A stretch of DNA of 64,000 bases from Bernardetia sp. MNP-M8. Lineage in GTDB: Bacteria > Bacteroidota > Bacteroidia > Cytophagales > Bernardetiaceae. The stretch lies in the NCBI RefSeq assembly GCF_037126285.1, contig NZ_CP147012.1:3116676-3180675 (forward strand), written 5' to 3'. Below are positions 28,552 to 38,540 of the stretch, in pieces. The position numbers and the translations under genes were made by a program. The notes beneath the pieces were generated by a model, which saw only the letters and a program-made list of their open reading frames with translations, did not search any database and had not been told where the DNA came from. The first letter of the stretch is position 1. Each line of letters opens with the position of its first letter.

Positions 28552-30900
28552 ATGAATAAGTTTTTTTCTATACTTTCTGTTTTGGCAACGTTATTTTTTA
28601 TTGCGTGTTCGCCAAAAACAGTTTCTAATAAGGTAAATTACCCACAATCGCCAACGCTTCTAAAAATAGATGACCAAATTGTTTCGGCTGATGAATTTGA
28701 ATATCTCTATCAAAAAAATAATTCTACAGAGGAAGACAGCCTTTGGAATAGAGAAAAAATTCAAGAATACTTAGATTTATATATCAATTTTAAACTCAAA
28801 GTAGAAGAAGCTAAAGAGCTGGGAATGGATACTTCTCAGGCTTTCAAAAAAGAATTTGAAATTTATAAAAATCAGCTTGCTGAGCCGTATCTTACACCTA
28901 AAAATGTAAGTGAAAAATTGGTAAAAGAAGCCTATTCTCGTCTGACTGAATCAGTGCGTGCTTCTCATATTCTGATAATGGTAGAGCAATATGCAAATCC
29001 AGAAGATACTTTGGCAGCCTACAAAAAGATTCAAGATGTTAGAAAAAAAGCTATAGCAGGAGAAAATTTTGCAGAATTGGCTAAAACGTATTCTGATGAT
29101 CCATCAGGTAAAATAAATGGAGGAGATTTGTATTATTTTTCTTCTCTACAAATGGTTTATCCTTTCGAAACAGCAGCATATAATACTGAAGAAGGTAAAG
29201 TTTCAGAGATTGTTCGTACTCGTTTTGGGTATCATATCTTAAAAGTTACTAACAAACAACCTTCTTTAGGAAAAGTACAGTTAGCACATATTATGATTCG
29301 CTCATCTGATGGAATGATTGCAGAAGATACATTGAAGGCATATCGAAAAATTCAAGAAATTTATACGCAATTAGAAAAAGAAACTGATGAAGCCAAACAA
29401 AAAGAATTATTCGAAAATTTAGCAAAGCAGTTTTCAGAAGATTATCGTTCAAGAGAACGTGGTGGACAGCTTACCAATAATGGAAATCCAGAGTTTACTT
29501 CAGGAACGCTTGTACCTCCTTTCGAAGAAAAAATTTCTACTCTCAAAAAAGGAGAAATTACAGCACCTTTCAAAACTGCTTTCGGATGGCATATTGCTAG
29601 ATTGATAGAAAAAGATGCTATCGAACCTTTTGAAGAGTTGCAGCCTATTCTGCAACAAAAAATAGCCAAAGATTCTCGTGCTGAAATTCAACAAGCTGTT
29701 TTGATTGATAAATTAAAAACTGAAAATGGTTTTTCTCAAAACAAAAAAGCAGACGATTTTTTAACACAAATGGCTGCCGATTCAGCTATTCAAAAAGCAA
29801 ATATGTGGACGGTAAAACGTTTTGAAAGTCAGAATCCGAAATTAATGAAGGATAAAAATTTATTTATGGTTGGAACAAAAAACTATACTTTAGATGATTT
29901 TGCATCTTATTTGGAAGAAGGGAATAAATTGCCTGCTCCTGAAAAAGCATTGCCATTTTTGAGAGAGGAATTTCAAAGTTTTGTAGCTCAAAAGATTATT
30001 GATAATGAAAAAGCATTGTTATCAAATAAATATCCTGACTATCGTTTCTTATTACAAGAATATTATGATGGTATTTTGCTTTTCAAAATAATGGAACAAA
30101 AAGTTTGGGCAAAAGCTCTAGCTGACCAAGAAGGTTTAATGGGTTTTTACGATGAAAATAAAGAAAATTACCGTTGGCAAGACAGAGCAAAAGTTACTAT
30201 CTATAATGCAGCTGATAAAAAAACACTTTCAATGTTGAAAGATAGTTTGAAGTTAGGTTACTATGAAACAGATAATTTCAAGCCTTTACAACTTGAGTTT
30301 TCTAGAAAAAATACGAATTTATCAGAAAGTCAAATAAAAAAATTAGGTCCTTTTGCACTTGCAGCCAAAACAAATCCTTCTTATGTTCTTACTATTGAAG
30401 CAGCAAAAGCAATAGGAGAAACTGATGCGATTATGCAAAGCCGTATTGATGCCATAAAATCATACTTCAAAAGAGAAAGCGTGGATAATGTTCGTTTTGT
30501 AGCTCAAAAAATAGGTAATGCAAATGCTGCAAAAGCAACTATCCAACTCAAAATTTTCACAACAGATTATAAGGTTTTGGAAAAACGCTTTAATAAAGAA
30601 AATGCACTTCGTTTAGAAATTACAGAAGGACTTTTTGAAAAACAAGCACAACCAGTTCTTGCAAAAGTAGATTTCAAAAAAGGAGATTATACTGTTGAAG
30701 AAAATGGAAGAATGTACTATGTAATTGTTGAAGAAATTGAGCCAGCTAGAGTGAAAAAATTAGACGAAACTCGTGGTGTTGTTATTTCTGATTATCAACA
30801 ATTCTTAGAAAAAGAATGGATTGAAGAACTACGTAAAAAATACGAATTCAGTACAGATGAAAAAGTAATGCAAGCTATTTTGGAGAAGAATAAAAAGTAA
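28552..30900 (+). CDS. peptidyl-prolyl cis-trans isomerase, SurA/PpiD-like lipoprotein with parvulin domains
   Basis: Start refined to MNKFFSILSVLATLFFIACSP (lipobox). Parvulin motifs (…SHILIMVE…, …FGYHILKV…, …GWHIARL…). Confidence 0.7.
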   Translation: MNKFFSILSVLATLFFIACSPKTVSNKVNYPQSPTLLKIDDQIVSADEFEYLYQKNNSTEEDSLWNREKIQEYLDLYINFKLKVEEAKELGMDTSQAFKKEFEIYKNQLAEPYLTPKNVSEKLVKEAYSRLTESVRASHILIMVEQYANPEDTLAAYKKIQDVRKKAIAGENFAELAKTYSDDPSGKINGGDLYYFSSLQMVYPFETAAYNTEEGKVSEIVRTRFGYHILKVTNKQPSLGKVQLAHIMIRSSDGMIAEDTLKAYRKIQEIYTQLEKETDEAKQKELFENLAKQFSEDYRSRERGGQLTNNGNPEFTSGTLVPPFEEKISTLKKGEITAPFKTAFGWHIARLIEKDAIEPFEELQPILQQKIAKDSRAEIQQAVLIDKLKTENGFSQNKKADDFLTQMAADSAIQKANMWTVKRFESQNPKLMKDKNLFMVGTKNYTLDDFASYLEEGNKLPAPEKALPFLREEFQSFVAQKIIDNEKALLSNKYPDYRFLLQEYYDGILLFKIMEQKVWAKALADQEGLMGFYDENKENYRWQDRAKVTIYNAADKKTLSMLKDSLKLGYYETDNFKPLQLEFSRKNTNLSESQIKKLGPFALAAKTNPSYVLTIEAAKAIGETDAIMQSRIDAIKSYFKRESVDNVRFVAQKIGNANAAKATIQLKIFTTDYKVLEKRFNKENALRLEITEGLFEKQAQPVLAKVDFKKGDYTVEENGRMYYVIVEEIEPARVKKLDETRGVVISDYQQFLEKEWIEELRKKYEFSTDEKVMQAILEKNKK

Positions 30901-30920
30901 AATTATTTTAACCAGCTCAA

Positions 30921-30970
30921 AAAAACACCTTATTTTATTCATTTTTTTGGATAGAAGGAGGTGTTTTTTT
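30921..30970 (+). terminator. putative terminator hairpin (AAAAACACCTT…AAGGAGGTGTTTTTTT)
   Basis: Imperfect stem followed by a T-run downstream of the PPIase gene. Confidence 0.4.
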
Positions 30971-31079
30971 GTAAATCTTTTCTAGTACAAGAATATCAAA
31001 TACACGGCTACAATAAATCACTTATTAAAAACGAGCGATAACCTGCTGTTTTGTGAGCCATATAAGGAGTAATCTGCTT

Positions 31080-32287
31080 TACAGTACTGGACATGAGTTA
31101 AATTTTTGACAAAGAAAGGACAGAAAGAGTTAATTTAGAAGTGTGAAAACCAAAAAGCTCTATTCCGTCCTGTTGAACAAATATACAAAGGAATTTTCAG
31201 ATATTCCTATTCATCATGTTCATACTACTTTGTTGCTTATTAGCTGTATTCTGATAAAAGAAACAGTTAATTTAAACAAGTTAAAAAACCAAGTAGGTAT
31301 TTTTTTAAATTCTCCTACTGTTCAAATTAATTCTCATTATAAGCGTCTTACTCGCTATTTTTTGGATGTTTATGTCCAAAAAACACTTTGGAAGTTGATT
31401 TTAGTTTTTAGTATAGGTTCTTTTTTAAATAGGAAGAAGGTAAAAAAAGAAATTTTCTATCTAGCTATGGATGGTAGTGTTTGGCAGTTAGGCGAATATA
31501 CGTATCACGTTTTGGTATTAAGTGTTATTTATAGAAAAATGGCTATTCCTATTTTTTGGATAAATTTAGAACGAAAAGGCAGTTCTACTTTGGCTCATCG
31601 TAAAAGTTTATTAGCATCAGCTTTACTGTTATATCCTTTTTTGAAAAGATTTACAATTTTAGCTGATAGAGAATACAAAGGTAGAGTTTGGTTTAGGTAT
31701 TTAGAAGAACAAGGATATACTTATATTATTCGGCTTTGTAAAGGAGATTATCAATTAGAGGTTAAAAAGTACCACAGTTTGCTTAAAAAAGCTAAATTAG
31801 GCAAATTAGTAAGTCAAGAATTTGAAACTGACTTTGCAAAAAAACTAAAAATAGTTATTTCTTATAATGGGCAAGCAGCAAAAGAAAGTGAAAAATTTGT
31901 CATTTTATTAACCAACAAATATCGTTTAACAAAAGAAAAGATTAGTGCTATCTATTATTTAAGATGGAAAATAGAGTGTTTATTTAAACATTTGAAAACA
32001 AATGGATTTCATTTAGAGGAGGTAGGAATGGTAAATCCAAGAAAAATTCGTGTTTTAATGGCATTAGTAATTGCATCTTTTTTACTCTGTATCTTAGAAG
32101 GAGTAAAAACAAAACAGAGAGTAAAAAAAGACAATGAATCTTTTTATGAATCTGTATTTAGAATGGGGTACGGAAAAGTAGTATTTTACGCTACTTCCAT
32201 AGACCAAATAATAAAAAAAATAGTTCAATTATCGAAAAACTACAAAATTCAAAATACAACCTAAATTAAACCATGTCCAGTACTGTA
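31080..32287 (+). mobile_element. insertion sequence, IS4/IS5-superfamily. 16-bp perfect terminal IR TACAGTACTGGACATG and 9-bp TSD AATCTGCTT
   Basis: IRL at 31080..31095. IRR at 32272..32287 is its exact reverse complement. Direct repeats AATCTGCTT at 31071..31079 and 32288..32296. One DDE transposase ORF inside. Confidence 0.75.
31143..32264 (+). CDS. DDE transposase (DDE_Tnp_1, IS4/IS5 superfamily)
   Basis: C-terminal motif YYLRWKIECLFKHLK. 373 aa. GTG start. Confidence 0.75.
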   Translation: MKTKKLYSVLLNKYTKEFSDIPIHHVHTTLLLISCILIKETVNLNKLKNQVGIFLNSPTVQINSHYKRLTRYFLDVYVQKTLWKLILVFSIGSFLNRKKVKKEIFYLAMDGSVWQLGEYTYHVLVLSVIYRKMAIPIFWINLERKGSSTLAHRKSLLASALLLYPFLKRFTILADREYKGRVWFRYLEEQGYTYIIRLCKGDYQLEVKKYHSLLKKAKLGKLVSQEFETDFAKKLKIVISYNGQAAKESEKFVILLTNKYRLTKEKISAIYYLRWKIECLFKHLKTNGFHLEEVGMVNPRKIRVLMALVIASFLLCILEGVKTKQRVKKDNESFYESVFRMGYGKVVFYATSIDQIIKKIVQLSKNYKIQNTT

Positions 32288-32294
32288 AATCTGC

Positions 32295-32600
32295 TTACTG
32301 TATTTTTTTTGTCTCTGAAGCAATAAACGTAATTCCAGCAGCTAGAAATGTATAGGTTAATATATTTAGAATGAGAGCTACATAAAAAAGTGAACCATTT
32401 AATAGATTATCATTTTCTGTAAACTCTTCAACGAGGAAAAAAGGATACTTGAAGGACAAAAATATTCTTTGAGAAAGCTCACCTAGCCAAGTTATTTCTA
32501 GTGTTCCCTCATCATGAGCAAAGGCTAAAACAAAATTTGCAATACACAAAACAAACAAAACAAGAAAATATAGCAGAAAAAACTTTGTGAATTTGTTCAT
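32295..32600 (-). CDS. small membrane protein
   Basis: 101 aa with two hydrophobic segments. Its stop codon is 1 bp from the IS target duplication. Confidence 0.3.
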   Translation of the reverse strand: MNKFTKFFLLYFLVLFVLCIANFVLAFAHDEGTLEITWLGELSQRIFLSFKYPFFLVEEFTENDNLLNGSLFYVALILNILTYTFLAAGITFIASETKKIQ

Positions 32601-32724
32601 TTATAATAGTTTTACTATCTGTTTATTATCTCACTACAAATCTAAATGTATTTAGGCAGCTTACTTGTATTGTAGAAAGTACAAAGCAAGATATTTTATT
32701 CTTGACAGAGTAATTTCCCATTTC

Positions 32725-33771
32725 TTAATCCTCCAAAGCACTAACCAAAAACGTATTTTTCAAAGCAAGCCAAATAATCAAGAATACAAATGCCCACGTT
32801 AAATAGATTTCATAAAAATCTCTCGTCAATGTAAATTTGTTTTCTTTGATTTCAGAACGTTCTAATTTATCAATCGTAGAAAAAATCTCTCCCAAAGAAG
32901 CATTATTGGTAGCTCGGAAAAATTTCCCCTCACTTATTTGTGCAATCTGACGCATAACAGTTTCATCAAGCGTATTATCAATATATTGAACCTGTCCAAA
33001 ACGGTTTCTGTAAGGTACTTTTCCTTCTTTACCTACACCAATAGTGTAAATTTTTATATCATATTTTTTTGCTAGTTTGGCTGCCGTAATTGGGTCAATT
33101 GTTCCTGCGTTGCTTTCGCCATCTGTCAAGAGTATCATTACTTTTGATTTGGTTTCGCTCTCACGCATTCTGTTTGTTCCTACTCCAATAGCACTTCCGA
33201 TGGCTGTTCCTCCTTTTTGTATCATTCTGAAATCTATTTCATTCAAATACCCATAAAGAAGTTCGTAATCTGTGGTAAGTGGAGCAAGACTAAAAGCATC
33301 GCCAGCAAAAACTACAATTCCGATTCGGTCTTGCAAACGTCCTTTTATGAAGTTATTAGCTACCATTTTGGCTGCTTCTAAACGATTTGGCTTGAAATCT
33401 TCAATTTGCATAGATTCCGAAATATCCATTACAATCATAATATCAATACCTTCTGTATAACGTTCAGGAGGCTGTTCAGATGTTTTTTGAGGGCGAGCAA
33501 GTGCAATCAAAACAAAGATTAAAAATAGACTGAAAAATACTTTTGGAACGTGTCTCAAAATTGTCCAAAAATCTGATTTCAAACTTTTATCTGGAAAGGC
33601 AACTTCTAATTTTTGACGAAAACGCACAAAAATAAGCCATTTCAGTAAAAATAAAAATGGAACTCCAATAAGTGCATACAACCAAAATGGACTTTGCCAA
33701 TCAAAACTACGAAGCGTTTCAAGACTAAACCATTTAAAATCTAACCATTCAAAACTTGATTTATCAAACAT
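32725..33771 (-). CDS. VWA-domain protein, BatA-like (aerotolerance-operon type)
   Basis: Two N-terminal TM segments, then a VWA MIDAS-like DxSxS (IMIVMDISESM). Confidence 0.65.
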   Translation of the reverse strand: MFDKSSFEWLDFKWFSLETLRSFDWQSPFWLYALIGVPFLFLLKWLIFVRFRQKLEVAFPDKSLKSDFWTILRHVPKVFFSLFLIFVLIALARPQKTSEQPPERYTEGIDIMIVMDISESMQIEDFKPNRLEAAKMVANNFIKGRLQDRIGIVVFAGDAFSLAPLTTDYELLYGYLNEIDFRMIQKGGTAIGSAIGVGTNRMRESETKSKVMILLTDGESNAGTIDPITAAKLAKKYDIKIYTIGVGKEGKVPYRNRFGQVQYIDNTLDETVMRQIAQISEGKFFRATNNASLGEIFSTIDKLERSEIKENKFTLTRDFYEIYLTWAFVFLIIWLALKNTFLVSALED

Positions 33772-34825
33772 TTTCTTCTTGATTTAATTTTCTATTTCTT
33801 TTTTCAACTTGTTTCTCAACAGATGAATTTTGTTTTTTTGCTTTTTTATTTAAGTCATCTTCGGAAGTTACTCTCAGCTCTGCCAAACGTTTTTCAAAGA
33901 TATTAATGGCATAATTCTTTAGATTTTGAAGTGCCAATTCTGTATTATTATCTATTTGTCCTCCATAAATGGCTCTATCAATTACTTTAAGATTTTGTCC
34001 TAAAGATTCATTTTTGGTAAGGCGAGAAATTTCACTTGATGTATAAGTAGTAAAAGGCTCATTTTTGAGCTTTTCGATATAGGCTTTCCACATTCCTAAT
34101 GTATGGTCGGTTGCTTCTGGATTTTCTATTCGTTTTAATTGGTTAGCATATTCTTGTATAAATTTTTCATGTTGGCTCTGCAAACGTTTCAAACGATAGC
34201 CTCTTCGAATGCTTTCGCCAAAAAACACAAAGAACAAAATAACTCCTGCTAATAAAACAACTACAATTAATCCATACAAAGGATAGTTTGTAAATCGTGG
34301 AATTTCCAAAAAAGTAGTATTTTGATAAAAAGTAATACTATCTTTTTGTAGCATATTTTGTAAAGCTGACTTTGATAAAACAAACTCAGTTTGTTTGGTA
34401 GAAACTTCTGTAAAATACTTGAGTGTGTCACCTGTCTTTTGGTCAAGAACAAAAACGGGTAGTTTAAGTGTTTGGGTAGTATCTAATTCAAAAGTTCGTA
34501 GCCAATAAATAGCACTATCAGTCGCTATACCTTTTGAGTCTGTTTGAGTAGGAAAGGCATCTGTTTTTACCCATTCAAAAGGCTCAAAATTATAGGTAGA
34601 ATCGGCAAAGATAACTTCTTTGTCATAATTATGAACAAAGACGACTTTGAAAGGAATGTGCTTGCCAACCTTCAAACTGTCTTTTGAAAAAGAGCCTGTT
34701 ATAGTTGGTAAATTATCTTTTTCATTATTATTTTGTGCAGAACTAAAAAAAGCACCAAAAATAAAATTTCCAAATAGAAAAGATAAAATTAGTAAAGGAA
34801 AAAAGTATTTTTTATTGATTTTCAT
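33764..34825 (-). CDS. membrane-anchored hypothetical protein translationally coupled to the VWA gene
   Basis: Signal or TM at the N-terminus, a central TM, and a C-terminal coiled-coil region. 8-nt overlap with the downstream VWA gene. Confidence 0.35.
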   Translation of the reverse strand: MKINKKYFFPLLILSFLFGNFIFGAFFSSAQNNNEKDNLPTITGSFSKDSLKVGKHIPFKVVFVHNYDKEVIFADSTYNFEPFEWVKTDAFPTQTDSKGIATDSAIYWLRTFELDTTQTLKLPVFVLDQKTGDTLKYFTEVSTKQTEFVLSKSALQNMLQKDSITFYQNTTFLEIPRFTNYPLYGLIVVVLLAGVILFFVFFGESIRRGYRLKRLQSQHEKFIQEYANQLKRIENPEATDHTLGMWKAYIEKLKNEPFTTYTSSEISRLTKNESLGQNLKVIDRAIYGGQIDNNTELALQNLKNYAINIFEKRLAELRVTSEDDLNKKAKKQNSSVEKQVEKRNRKLNQEENV

Positions 34826-34850
34826 ATTTTATCATTACTTTTCACGGTAT

Positions 34851-34886
34851 CGAAACCACGAGGGTCTTCAAAACCCTTAGGGTTTA
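34851..34886. repeat. REP-like palindromic element, inverted/variant copy (copy 2 of 3)
   Basis: CGAAACCACGAGGGTCTTCAAAACCCTTAGGGTTT. Its reverse complement aligns with the 10314 and 40934 copies. Confidence 0.55.
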
Positions 34887-35104
34887 AAATTCAAGATTTT
34901 TTTATTACAAACTTAACTTATAGAGTTCCTTTTTGCAATAGAACAGCTAAACTAATAACTTTTTTTGTGCAAATGCTTTGGGAAAGTTAGTCATTTTTTT
35001 TTATTCTTCTTCAACAGCTTATGCTTTATTCTCAAAAAGACTTTATCAAGATGCAACGCTAAGAATGTTTTTTGTATCTAAACCAAAAAATAACTTAACT
35101 AGCT

Positions 35105-35704
35105 ATGGCAGACAATTACTTTGATTTTGATTTGAAAAATAGAATCATTTTTCTTTTTTTCCTTTGTTGCATTGGAATTTCTCAAAATACAAATGCTTTA
35201 TCTTCTTTTGCTGATTCAGAATGTGTTGCTGAAAAAAGAGAGACAAAAGTATCCAAAACAGAATCTAACAGAAAAAATAAAGATGACTATCAAAAAAAAT
35301 CTACTAAAAAAACTATTTTTAAATCTAAAAATACAAAATCAAATACCAAAGTAAAAAAAATATCGTTTCGAAAAAAACTTTCTATCTTAAAGCTAGTTCT
35401 AAAAAACAAACCCTCCAATAAAAAATATTATAGATTTAAAGAAAGTAACAAATCTATAAAGAGGTCTACAAAATGGAATGGTCAGCATACAGCTGGTCTC
35501 TTAAGTTGGGCAAGTGTTCTTGTAGCTGTAATGGCTTTTTTTACAGGATATTTTTTGCTTGGGATTTTTGCTTCTTGCAGTGCAATTCTTTTTTTGTTTT
35601 TAATTTTTGTAGAAAAAGGTAATAAAGGAACAGTAGATAATGTACTTTGGCTTTTTTCGCAGATTATTAATATAATAGTTATTATAGGAACTATTTTTGA
35701 CTAA
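35105..35704 (+). CDS. Lys-rich hypothetical protein with C-terminal TM anchor
   Basis: Low-complexity K/S-rich middle and a C-terminal hydrophobic domain. Confidence 0.3.
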   Translation: MADNYFDFDLKNRIIFLFFLCCIGISQNTNALSSFADSECVAEKRETKVSKTESNRKNKDDYQKKSTKKTIFKSKNTKSNTKVKKISFRKKLSILKLVLKNKPSNKKYYRFKESNKSIKRSTKWNGQHTAGLLSWASVLVAVMAFFTGYFLLGIFASCSAILFLFLIFVEKGNKGTVDNVLWLFSQIINIIVIIGTIFD

Positions 35705-35776
35705 GTTTCTCACGTAATTTTGGATTTTTTTTATTGTGCATATATTTTTTTCAATTTAACCCTCAATTTTTATTTT

Positions 35777-36244
35777 ATGAAAACTACCTTTTTAACACTT
35801 GTTCTTTTAGTATTTGGATTTTCTTCTTTTGCTTTCATGCCTTCTTTCCCTGCTGAAAGCACTTCTACTTCAGAAAAAAATGTAGCTGTTGCTTCTGAGA
35901 AACCAAAAAGTGAATCAGAAAACAAAACAGAAACTAAAGAAGCTAAAACAGTTACAGCTAAAGAACTTACTCAGAAAATGGAAGCTAATTATGAAACCAA
36001 CAAAAAACAAATGAGCTTTAAAGAGCGTTTGGCTAGTAAATTACTTATCAAAAAACTTCAAAAAGCAGTAAAAAAAGATGCTAAAAGCCCAAATAAATCA
36101 AAAGGTTCAACAGAGTTGTTTCATATTTTAGGTATTTTATTGATTGTTTTGGGGGTTATTAGCCTTATTTTCCTAAATTTATATGGAGGCGTTGTTACTA
36201 TTGTTATTGGTATATTCATTTATTTATTACCAGAACTGATTTAG
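35777..36244 (+). CDS. small secreted protein with C-terminal TM anchor (paralog A)
   Basis: Start refined to MKTTFLT. Signal peptide ending FAFMP. Motif MSFKERLASKLLIKKLQK. C-terminal TM. Confidence 0.4.
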   Translation: MKTTFLTLVLLVFGFSSFAFMPSFPAESTSTSEKNVAVASEKPKSESENKTETKEAKTVTAKELTQKMEANYETNKKQMSFKERLASKLLIKKLQKAVKKDAKSPNKSKGSTELFHILGILLIVLGVISLIFLNLYGGVVTIVIGIFIYLLPELI

Positions 36245-36371
36245 TAATGACTGTTCAAGATTTTTAATATAAAATAAAGCAATGTATTTTTAATTGCATT
36301 GCTTTTATTTTAATTAAAATGTGCTCATTTTTTTAATAATTATATTTTTTCACCTTTTATTATTTACAAAT

Positions 36372-36818
36372 ATGAAATTTTTTTCAATCATATTGATTTC
36401 GCTTTTTATCAATTTTTCTTCTTTTGCTTTTATGCCTGCTGAAAGCAAATCTAATTCATTAATTTCTGAAAGAAGTAATTCTGAATCGGAAGCTAAAACA
36501 AAAGAAACTAAAACGCAGACAGCAAAAATAAACTCAACAGAACTTATTGAGAAACTGGAAGCTAATAAGTCAAAAATGAGTTTTAAAGAACGTTTAGCTA
36601 CTAAACTCATTACTAAAAAACTCAAAAAAATAGAAAAGAAAGAGTCTAAAAACATCAAGTCTACTAAAGATACTAGCCCATTAGGAGCTATTTTCAGAAT
36701 AGTAGGTGTTGTTTTGATTATTTTGGGTGTAGTAGGATTATTTACTGTTACTGTTACAGCAGGTGTTGGTGCAATCTTATTAGGACTTCTTTTATTTATA
36801 CTACCAGCATTGATATAA
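36372..36818 (+). CDS. small secreted protein with C-terminal TM anchor (paralog B)
   Basis: Start refined to MKFFSII. Same FAFMP, MSFKERLATKLITKKLKK and C-terminal TM as paralog A. Followed by a similar terminator hairpin. Confidence 0.4.
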   Translation: MKFFSIILISLFINFSSFAFMPAESKSNSLISERSNSESEAKTKETKTQTAKINSTELIEKLEANKSKMSFKERLATKLITKKLKKIEKKESKNIKSTKDTSPLGAIFRIVGVVLIILGVVGLFTVTVTAGVGAILLGLLLFILPALI

Positions 36819-37018
36819 AACTTTGTTTTTTGATTTTTTTCTAAAAAACAGTGCATTTTTAATTAAATTGCACTGTTTTTTTGTCGATTTTTATCAGTTT
36901 TTGTCAAACTATTTCATTTTTTTATTAGAAGCATTCAAAACAAAGTAGCCCAAAATAGATTTGTAAAAATAGGCATCATTAACTATAAAAAAGACCTTTC
37001 CCATAAAAATAATCAGTC

Positions 37019-38491
37019 ATGAAAATAATTGAATTACTCAAAAATCTAAAGACACAATCCATACAAGGAGATTTAGAAGGTGCAATAAATCAAATTCAAT
37101 TTGACTCTCGCAAGATACAGAAAGATGATATGTATGTCGCTCTAAAAGGAACAGTGGCAGATGGACATCAATTTATAAAACAAGCCATTCAAGATGGTGC
37201 AAAGGCGATTGTCTGTGAAAAATTGCCTGTTTATTTAGAAAGTCATGTTACCTATCTTGAAGTAGAAAATACAGCAAAAGCATTAGGAATAATAGCAGGT
37301 AATTTTTATGGAAATCCTTCTAAAAAACTCAAATTAATAGGTGTAACTGGCACAAATGGAAAAACGACAGTCGTAACAATTCTTTATAAATTATTTAAAA
37401 AATTAGGGTATAATGTAGGACTAATTTCTACAATTCATAACAAAATAAAAAGTCGAATTTATCCGTCTACACATACTACACCTAATCCAGTAGAACTCAA
37501 TCGACTGCTTGCTGAAATGGTGAAAAAACGCTGTACACACGTTTTTATGGAAGTAAGTTCGCATGCTGTTGTACAAAAACGAATTGAAGGACTTCACTTT
37601 AAAGGAGCTGTTTTTACCAATATTTCGCACGACCATTTGGATTATCATGGAACGTTTGCAGAATATATTAGAGCTAAAAAAGGTTTTTTTGATATGCTTC
37701 CTCATACTTCCTTTGCACTTGTCAATCAAGATGACAAAAGAGGATTGGTTATGCTGCAAAATTGCAAAGCCAAGCATGTTACTTATTCAATGAAATCTAT
37801 GTCTGATTATAAAGTCAGAATTATGGATAGTTCATTTGAAGGAATGCAATTACAGATAGAAGAAAGACATAATGGCAAAATTAATGGAAAAGAAACTTGG
37901 ACTAAACTGATTGGACATTTTAATGCCTATAATTTATTAGCTGTTTATGGCGTAGCTATGCTTTTGGAAGAAGATGAAGATGAAGTTTTGACAGAATTAT
38001 CTAATATAAAAGGGGTAAATGGTCGTTTTCAGCGTTATACATCGTCTTTAGGAGTTCATGCGATTGTAGATTATGCTCACACACCTGATGCACTTGAAAA
38101 TGTTTTGAAGACAATAAGTGAAATCAAAAAAACACATCAACATTTAATAACTGTTGTGGGTTGTGGGGGAAATAGAGACAAAACTAAACGTCCAGAAATG
38201 GCAAAAATAGCGACTAATTATAGTGACTGGTCTATTTTTACATCAGATAATCCACGAACAGAAGAGCCAGAAACAATTATAAAAGATATGTTAGAAGGCG
38301 TAAAAGAAGTAGAGCCTTCAAAATATCAAATTGTTACATTGCGAAAAGAAGCTATTGAAAGAGCATGTAGCATGGCAGGTAAAGATGATATTATTTTGGT
38401 AGCAGGAAAAGGGCACGAAACCTATCAAGAAATAAATGGAGAACGTTTTGAATTTGATGATAGAGTTGTTTTGAAAGAATCTTTGGAGTGA
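37019..38491 (+). CDS. murE: UDP-N-acetylmuramoyl-L-alanyl-D-glutamate--2,6-diaminopimelate ligase
   Basis: Mur ligase P-loop GVTGTNGKTT and central/C-terminal Mur ligase motifs. 490 aa. Confidence 0.88.
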   Translation: MKIIELLKNLKTQSIQGDLEGAINQIQFDSRKIQKDDMYVALKGTVADGHQFIKQAIQDGAKAIVCEKLPVYLESHVTYLEVENTAKALGIIAGNFYGNPSKKLKLIGVTGTNGKTTVVTILYKLFKKLGYNVGLISTIHNKIKSRIYPSTHTTPNPVELNRLLAEMVKKRCTHVFMEVSSHAVVQKRIEGLHFKGAVFTNISHDHLDYHGTFAEYIRAKKGFFDMLPHTSFALVNQDDKRGLVMLQNCKAKHVTYSMKSMSDYKVRIMDSSFEGMQLQIEERHNGKINGKETWTKLIGHFNAYNLLAVYGVAMLLEEDEDEVLTELSNIKGVNGRFQRYTSSLGVHAIVDYAHTPDALENVLKTISEIKKTHQHLITVVGCGGNRDKTKRPEMAKIATNYSDWSIFTSDNPRTEEPETIIKDMLEGVKEVEPSKYQIVTLRKEAIERACSMAGKDDIILVAGKGHETYQEINGERFEFDDRVVLKESLE

Positions 38492-38540
38492 TTTTGTTTT
38501 ACCTAAAAAATTAAATTATGGAGCATCATAAATTTGCCAT

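Noticed and set aside
31080-32287. IS insertion truncating the small gene at 32295..32600
   Set aside because: Reconstructing the pre-insertion sequence, by removing the IS and one TSD copy, leaves the same TAA stop in place. The gene is intact and the IS landed 1 bp after it.
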